NCBI GenBank assembly: GCA_028711485.1 | Contig: JAQTSF010000001.1 | Coordinates: 1 to 50,950 of the forward strand | Reading direction: 5' to 3' | Length of the DNA: 50,950 bases | Source of the DNA: Candidatus Iainarchaeum sp. | GTDB lineage: Archaea; Micrarchaeota; Micrarchaeia; Anstonellales; Bilamarchaeaceae | Part shown: positions 46,016 to 50,950 of the stretch, in pieces | Layout: each line of letters starts with the position of its first letter | Numbering within the stretch: position 1 is the stretch's first letter | Notes under the pieces: model-generated | Database searches by the model: none | Seen by the model: the letters and a program-made list of their open reading frames with translations, nothing else | Told to the model about the DNA's origin: nothing | Program-made: the position numbers and the translations under genes

Positions 46016-47288
46016 TCATCATTATTAAATAAAAACCTAATCCCAAAACCACCATAATAATTGTTGTAGCCAATCCTATCGATTTTCTCTCTTCTATGCT
46101 TGTTATATGTCTTCCTGCAATCATTGAGTAAATTATCAAATAAAGAGGTATTGCAGTTTCAAAAATATTTTCATCGACATCAGTTCCCAATATTCCACCA
46201 AATGTTTTTCCCATATTTTTTGTTATTGTAAGTATTATCGGTATAAGGATTGAACCAAGAATCAAAGTATATTTTTGTATAGCCAAACTGTTCGCTCTGT
46301 TCCTTTTTATTTCAAAATATCTCATAATATCCTCAGCCATTTCACTTAAAACTTTAAAATTATTATTTTCTATACTGTACCTAAACAGACTTATTGTTCT
46401 TGAAAACAATACTGATTTTTTGTTGTTTTCCATATTTTTCAGTATTTTTATTTGTCCTACATTGGATTTGAGCTGATTGTTTGCTTTTCTAAATTCCTCA
46501 GAAAGTTCACCATATCCTGCCTTTGAAACTTCATTCGTTATTTTTTCAAAAGACATTCCATGCATTTGAGACACATAAGAAAGCATATCCGGTATGTTTT
46601 CTTCTATACTTTCCCTTTTTTTCTCATGCAAATACTTTTGGTATATATAATATGCTCCAAAAACAGAAGCTAATAATACTCCAACAATTCCCAATATATA
46701 AAAAATAAAAAATGCTAGTATTATCCATAATAAAAACAAATATTCTTCATTATGTTTCTGATCATATATCAGCAATGGATAATTTTTTTCCGAAATAATA
46801 ATCAAACCCAAACTCATTATCGGAATTCCTAAAAGAAGCAATAATTGATACTCCATTTCGTTCATAACCACTCCGAAAGAAATTCCACCAAGAAAATAAA
46901 TTATAGTTAAAAACGTAGGTGCTATTACTGCTAAAACTACAAAAATAAGTCCATAAATAGAACTTTTATTGGAGTATTCCTTTATCTCATATTCCTGTCT
47001 TGAAACAAGTTCATTAGATAATCGCCTTATCCTTTTTCCTCTTTCACCCATAGAATGCGTAGTTGCAAGCTGCATCAAAGCCATCCTTATTTTATTAGAT
47101 TTTATGCTTTTCGATGCAGAACGAATAGCTTCCTCTATTGCAATACCAGATTCTGTTTTTTCAATAATTTTGAGAATAATTTTTGAACATTCCCCCTCCT
47201 CGTTTGAAATCACTTTAAGAGAGTCATAAATGCTTAATCCACTTTCTATAAGTACACTTATTCTTCTAAGAAAAAAAGCCAGTTCCAT
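46008..47288 (-). CDS. FlaJ/TadC-like (T2SS-F domain) pilus/archaellum platform membrane protein
   Basis: ORF track extends to 47369, overlapping the ATPase gene by 71 nt; the internal start MELAFFLRRISVLIESGLSIYDSL at 47288 fits the T2SSF domain start. Two helical soluble regions alternate with TM blocks. Confidence 0.6.
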   Translation of the reverse strand: MELAFFLRRISVLIESGLSIYDSLKVISNEEGECSKIILKIIEKTESGIAIEEAIRSASKSIKSNKIRMALMQLATTHSMGERGKRIRRLSNELVSRQEYEIKEYSNKSSIYGLIFVVLAVIAPTFLTIIYFLGGISFGVVMNEMEYQLLLLLGIPIMSLGLIIISEKNYPLLIYDQKHNEEYLFLLWIILAFFIFYILGIVGVLLASVFGAYYIYQKYLHEKKRESIEENIPDMLSYVSQMHGMSFEKITNEVSKAGYGELSEEFRKANNQLKSNVGQIKILKNMENNKKSVLFSRTISLFRYSIENNNFKVLSEMAEDIMRYFEIKRNRANSLAIQKYTLILGSILIPIILTITKNMGKTFGGILGTDVDENIFETAIPLYLIIYSMIAGRHITSIEERKSIGLATTIIMVVLGLGFYLIMMNV

Positions 47289-47298
47289 ATCAGCTTTT

Positions 47299-48633
47299 TT
47301 ATAATCTATCATCTTTCTCAAATCCATAGAGTGATTTTTGAACGTTTTCAAAATAATCAATAAAATCATTATCCGATTTTGAAATAATTTTCTCTCTAGT
47401 TTTTATCTCCTCAAACATTTCTTTTTTTGAAAAACCTAATTTATCTGCAATTTCTAAGACAGTATCTGATGATTTGATTTCGTTTTCATTTGCCTTAAAA
47501 TATTCCGCATATCTCGGACTTCCGATTTCAACAATCTCCCGTATTTCTCTATTTTTTCTTTTTTTCCTGTCATAAACCAGTCTTCTTTTTTGAACTAAAA
47601 TCAAATCTACAGATTTTGTTTCTGATTCAGAACAACCAAGAGATTTTAATCTCTGAACAGTTTCATCAAAACTTCTTCCATGCATAGTACAATAACTTCC
47701 GCGAGCTTGTCCTGAGAGCATTATATCCACCATTGCTTCAATTTCATCAGGTTTTCTTACTTCTCCTATTACTGTTCTATCTGGTCTCATTCTAAGGCTG
47801 TCATGCACTAAATCACTCAGTGAAATTTTCATATTTTCGTTTGTAACAAGTCTTATCTGATGTTCATGAAGTATGTTTATTTCCGGAGTTTCTTCTATTA
47901 GCAATACCCTCTCATTTTTAGGAATAAATGTAAAAAGGGAATTCATTGTAGTTGTTTTTCCACTTGCAGTATTCCCAGAAATTATCACATTACTATCAGA
48001 TTGCATTATCAATGAAAGAAAGGCCATTCCATATAAGCTAATTGCTGATTTGGAAACTAGTTCTTTAGGTGTGTATGGGTTCATTCTAAATTTTCTAATT
48101 GTTAATTCACATTGCGATATTGGTGGTGCAGTTGCATGCACTCTTGAACCATTAGGCATTACTCCATTTACTCGAGGTTTTTTCAAAGTTATTGTTCTCC
48201 CTATTTTTTTAATTATCTTGTTCACAAATTCCTTAAAAAATTCTTCATCATTAAATGCAACATTTGTTCTCATCCAACCTCTGTTTCTCTCAAAAATATA
48301 AATAGGTTTTCCTATACCAATTATGCTAATTTCCTCTATTTCATCATTGTCCATAAGCTCTTCCAGAGGTCCGAATCCGAATATATGTTTTACTGCATTC
48401 TCTAACATATATCTCTCTTGATCATAATCCAGAGTCAATCCTTCTTTTTCGCATTCAGCAGACATTATTTGTTTTATACTTTCTTCAGCTTCCTCATTAT
48501 TCATTATACTTTTTATCTTTGTCTTTTCGCCATAAACAGATTCAATTTTTTTTATAAGTTCTTCTTCCTCACTGCTCATCCTCTTTATTTTTAATTTTCT
48601 TTCACCTATTTTAAGAATCTCCCATCCGAGCAT
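47299..48633 (-). CDS. Type II/IV secretion-family ATPase (FlaI/PilB/VirB11-like)
   Basis: SGNTASGKTT (Walker A), VLLIEETPE (Walker B), IGEVR, TMHG. Confidence 0.85.
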   Translation of the reverse strand: MLGWEILKIGERKLKIKRMSSEEEELIKKIESVYGEKTKIKSIMNNEEAEESIKQIMSAECEKEGLTLDYDQERYMLENAVKHIFGFGPLEELMDNDEIEEISIIGIGKPIYIFERNRGWMRTNVAFNDEEFFKEFVNKIIKKIGRTITLKKPRVNGVMPNGSRVHATAPPISQCELTIRKFRMNPYTPKELVSKSAISLYGMAFLSLIMQSDSNVIISGNTASGKTTTMNSLFTFIPKNERVLLIEETPEINILHEHQIRLVTNENMKISLSDLVHDSLRMRPDRTVIGEVRKPDEIEAMVDIMLSGQARGSYCTMHGRSFDETVQRLKSLGCSESETKSVDLILVQKRRLVYDRKKRKNREIREIVEIGSPRYAEYFKANENEIKSSDTVLEIADKLGFSKKEMFEEIKTREKIISKSDNDFIDYFENVQKSLYGFEKDDRL

Positions 48634-48971
48634 TTTATCTCCTCCCCTTTTTTAGGAACAGAATCAGGTTTTATTGTTTCTAAGAGATATTTTGATGGTG
48701 TTTTATTTTCCACCCATTTTGAAAAAGGCCTAACTTTTATAACCTCAGTAACTTTCATATTTTTATCTATATAAATCGCATAAAATTCAGAGAATACGAA
48801 TATAGAATGGATTGGATTTTTACTTTCATTTTCAAAAACAAAAAAAATATTCCTGTCTTTTTTTCTATTAAACATAAGTCCAATTGCCTTTGAAATAAAA
48901 TTTTCTGCTATCTCACAATTTCTACATATTACCTTTCCATTACTTTTATTTTTTATATCTATAACTCTCAC
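48606..48971 (-). CDS. DUF192 family protein
   Basis: AIGLMFNRK and IHSIFV..IYID pattern typical of DUF192 (COG1430), from memory. Confidence 0.55.
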   Translation of the reverse strand: MRVIDIKNKSNGKVICRNCEIAENFISKAIGLMFNRKKDRNIFFVFENESKNPIHSIFVFSEFYAIYIDKNMKVTEVIKVRPFSKWVENKTPSKYLLETIKPDSVPKKGEEIKCSDGRFLK

Positions 48972-49673
48972 CTATTTACCAAATCTTCTTTTCCTTCTGT
49001 TAAACTCTTCAATTGCATCAAGAAAGTCATTTTTGTTAAAATCAGGCCATAATTTATCACAAAAATATAGTTCTGAATACGTGCTTTGCCAAGGAAGAAG
49101 TCCGCTTAATCTCTTTTCACCAGATGTTCTTATTATTAAATCAGGATCAGGAATGCCTTTTGTGTATAAATAATCCGAAAATGTTTTTTCATCAACTTCT
49201 GCTATTCTATCTTTTAGCATTCGATTAACGGCATCCAAAATTTCAGCCCTCCCCCCATAACTCATAAGCAGGTTAAGCTGATATTTTTTATTTTTTCTAG
49301 ATATTTCCTCTGCTTTTTCCATCATTTTTTTAATTTCATCAGGAAACAAATTTATTCTCCCAAGAAAACGAACATTAACATCAAATCTTTCTTTTTCTTC
49401 ACTTCCAATAGCCTTAACTAAATTTTTCTTGAAAAGTTCAAATAATTTTAGCATCTCTCCTTTTTCTCTTTTGAAATTTTCAAGGCTAAATCCCCACATA
49501 GTCAATATCTTTACATCCTTTTCTTTGCACCACTTGAGAACGTCTCCTATTTTTCTTATGCCTATAGCATATGCCTCTTCCTTAGAAATGTTATGTTCTT
49601 TTGCCCATCTGCGATTACCGTCAGGGATTATAGCAATATGTTCTATTTTTTCCCCGTCTTCCCCACCAGCCAT
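48972..49673 (-). CDS. uppS: cis-prenyltransferase (undecaprenyl-diphosphate synthase family)
   Basis: HIAIIPDGNRRWA, RTSGEKRLSGLLPWQSTYSELYF. Confidence 0.9.
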   Translation of the reverse strand: MAGGEDGEKIEHIAIIPDGNRRWAKEHNISKEEAYAIGIRKIGDVLKWCKEKDVKILTMWGFSLENFKREKGEMLKLFELFKKNLVKAIGSEEKERFDVNVRFLGRINLFPDEIKKMMEKAEEISRKNKKYQLNLLMSYGGRAEILDAVNRMLKDRIAEVDEKTFSDYLYTKGIPDPDLIIRTSGEKRLSGLLPWQSTYSELYFCDKLWPDFNKNDFLDAIEEFNRRKRRFGK

Positions 49674-49742
49674 AATCCTATTAACAATGATAATAAATTA
49701 AATACCTCTCGCTGATACTATTATACAAAAGAGAGTGAATTT

Positions 49743-50834
49743 ATGAAGCATTCCATATCTACTTTAGGAAGTCATTCCGCACTTGATGTTTCAGAAGGCG
49801 CAAAAAAAGAAGGATTCAATACGATTGTAGTTTGTCAAAAAGGAAGAGAATTTCCCTATTTAAATTATTATAAAACAAGGAAAAGGGGAAAAAAAGAAAT
49901 AGGAGTAATTGACGAAGTCTTGTTGCTAAATAATTTCAAAGATATAACTGGACATTCAGCCATTTCATATTTAAAAAACAAAAATTCAATTTTTGTTCCT
50001 AATCGTTCTTTTTCGGTTTATGTTGGATACGATGCAATTGAAAATAATTTTCAAATACCTATTTTCGGAAATCGAAAACTTTTACGTGCAGAGGAAAGAG
50101 ACAGCAAGAACAATCAATATGATCTAATGGAAAAAGCAGGAATGAACTATCCAAAACAAATTTCTTCTCCTGAAAAGATAAATTCCTTATCAATAATTAA
50201 GGTAAATGAAGCCGAAAGAAAATATGAGCGGTCATTCTTTTTAGCATCTTCCTATGAAGAATATAAGAAAAAAAGTTTAGAACTTATTTCTAATAAAAAA
50301 ATAACTGAAAAAGACCTTGCAACTGCAAGAATTGAGGAATTTGTGTTAGGAACTCATTTCAACTTCAATTTTTTCTATTCTCCAATACACGAGGAAATTG
50401 AACTTTTAGGTATTGATATGCGAAGACAGACCAATTTAGATGGATTCTTAAGAATTCCTGCAGACGTTCAACTTCAGGTTCTCAAACACAAGCAACCAGT
50501 AAATATCGAAGCAGGGCATGTTGCATGTACTATACGAGAATCTCTTCTAAAAGAGGCATACAACCAAGCAGAAAAACTTGTTGATGTCACCTCCAAAGAA
50601 TATTCGCCTGGAATAATCGGTCCGTTTGCACTCCAGGGTGCTATTGAAGAAAAAAATGGAAAGGAACAATTAACTATTTTTGATATCTCATTTAGAATGC
50701 CAGGATCCCCAGGCACACGTTTCACTCCTTATTCCGAGTATCTTTTTCAAGAGTCTCTTTCTTTTGGAAGAAGAATTGCAATTGAAATAAAGGACGCAGA
50801 AAAAAATAAAGAAATTAATCTGGTAACAACATGA
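49743..50834 (+). CDS. purP: 5-formaminoimidazole-4-carboxamide ribonucleotide (FAICAR) synthetase, archaeal
   Basis: ISTLGSHSALDVSEGAKKEGF N-terminus and ATP-grasp C-terminal half typical of PurP. Confidence 0.85.
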   Translation: MKHSISTLGSHSALDVSEGAKKEGFNTIVVCQKGREFPYLNYYKTRKRGKKEIGVIDEVLLLNNFKDITGHSAISYLKNKNSIFVPNRSFSVYVGYDAIENNFQIPIFGNRKLLRAEERDSKNNQYDLMEKAGMNYPKQISSPEKINSLSIIKVNEAERKYERSFFLASSYEEYKKKSLELISNKKITEKDLATARIEEFVLGTHFNFNFFYSPIHEEIELLGIDMRRQTNLDGFLRIPADVQLQVLKHKQPVNIEAGHVACTIRESLLKEAYNQAEKLVDVTSKEYSPGIIGPFALQGAIEEKNGKEQLTIFDISFRMPGSPGTRFTPYSEYLFQESLSFGRRIAIEIKDAEKNKEINLVTT

Positions 50835-50950
50835 AATTAGAATTAAGAAATGGAATAAAAATTTCTGTAGTTCCATTAAGCAGAAAAATAAAAGTAAGCG
50901 CAATTCTAAATTTTATAAACTCTTTTATAGACGAGAAGGCGTATATTCGT
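50831..50950 (+). CDS. Start of an unassigned ORF (MKLELRNGIKISVVPLSRK...), runs off the right edge
   Basis: ATG 50831 overlaps the purP stop (ATGA); the frame stays open to the window end. Too short to assign. Confidence 0.3.
   Translation, partial: MKLELRNGIKISVVPLSRKIKVSAILNFINSFIDEKAYIR

Overview
This is a gene-dense, visibly AT-rich chromosomal segment with about 60 protein genes, 2 tRNAs, short spacers and many small overlaps. I saw no rRNA, cas genes, CRISPR array, integrase or transposase. The gene set reads as archaeal: split GMP synthase, PurP, archaeal-type PheT, RpoK, a DRG GTPase, archaeal DtdA, an HTH-fused CTP-type riboflavin kinase, archaeal riboflavin synthase, form III RuBisCO beside an e2b2-type isomerase, thiolase+DUF35, FlaI/FlaJ-like pilus genes, GGTG-type Shine-Dalgarno motifs and TATA-like boxes. 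Several bacterial-type genes are mixed in (ribD, ribA, metK). Content and compactness resemble small-genome (DPANN-like) archaea, but lineage cannot be established from this window. Coding content is mostly housekeeping: riboflavin synthesis (1-3157 plus ribK), purine and pyrimidine synthesis (purF, purQ, guaA, pyrG, purN, purP, dcd), and translation and tRNA-modification genes. It also includes a RuBisCO-III operon, a catalytic-domain-only [FeFe]-hydrogenase homologue, channels and transporters, a 1411-aa sequon-rich surface protein, and polyprenol-carrier and pilus-assembly genes. The most unusual signals are non-coding. (i) At three loci (9074-9238, 11699-11779, 22961-23160) the ribosome-binding site and first codons of a gene are repeated upstream as mini-ORFs, interleaved with hairpins whose flanks are conserved but whose stems differ. 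(ii) Five different perfect, CpG-rich hairpins sit back to back (17449-17602) between tRNA-Val and an unassignable 562-aa protein. (iii) Both tRNAs carry a non-canonical D-loop intron. (iv) A GC-rich island of about 60 nt lies at 35821-35880. None of these fits a known element class from sequence alone, so all functional readings are hypotheses.
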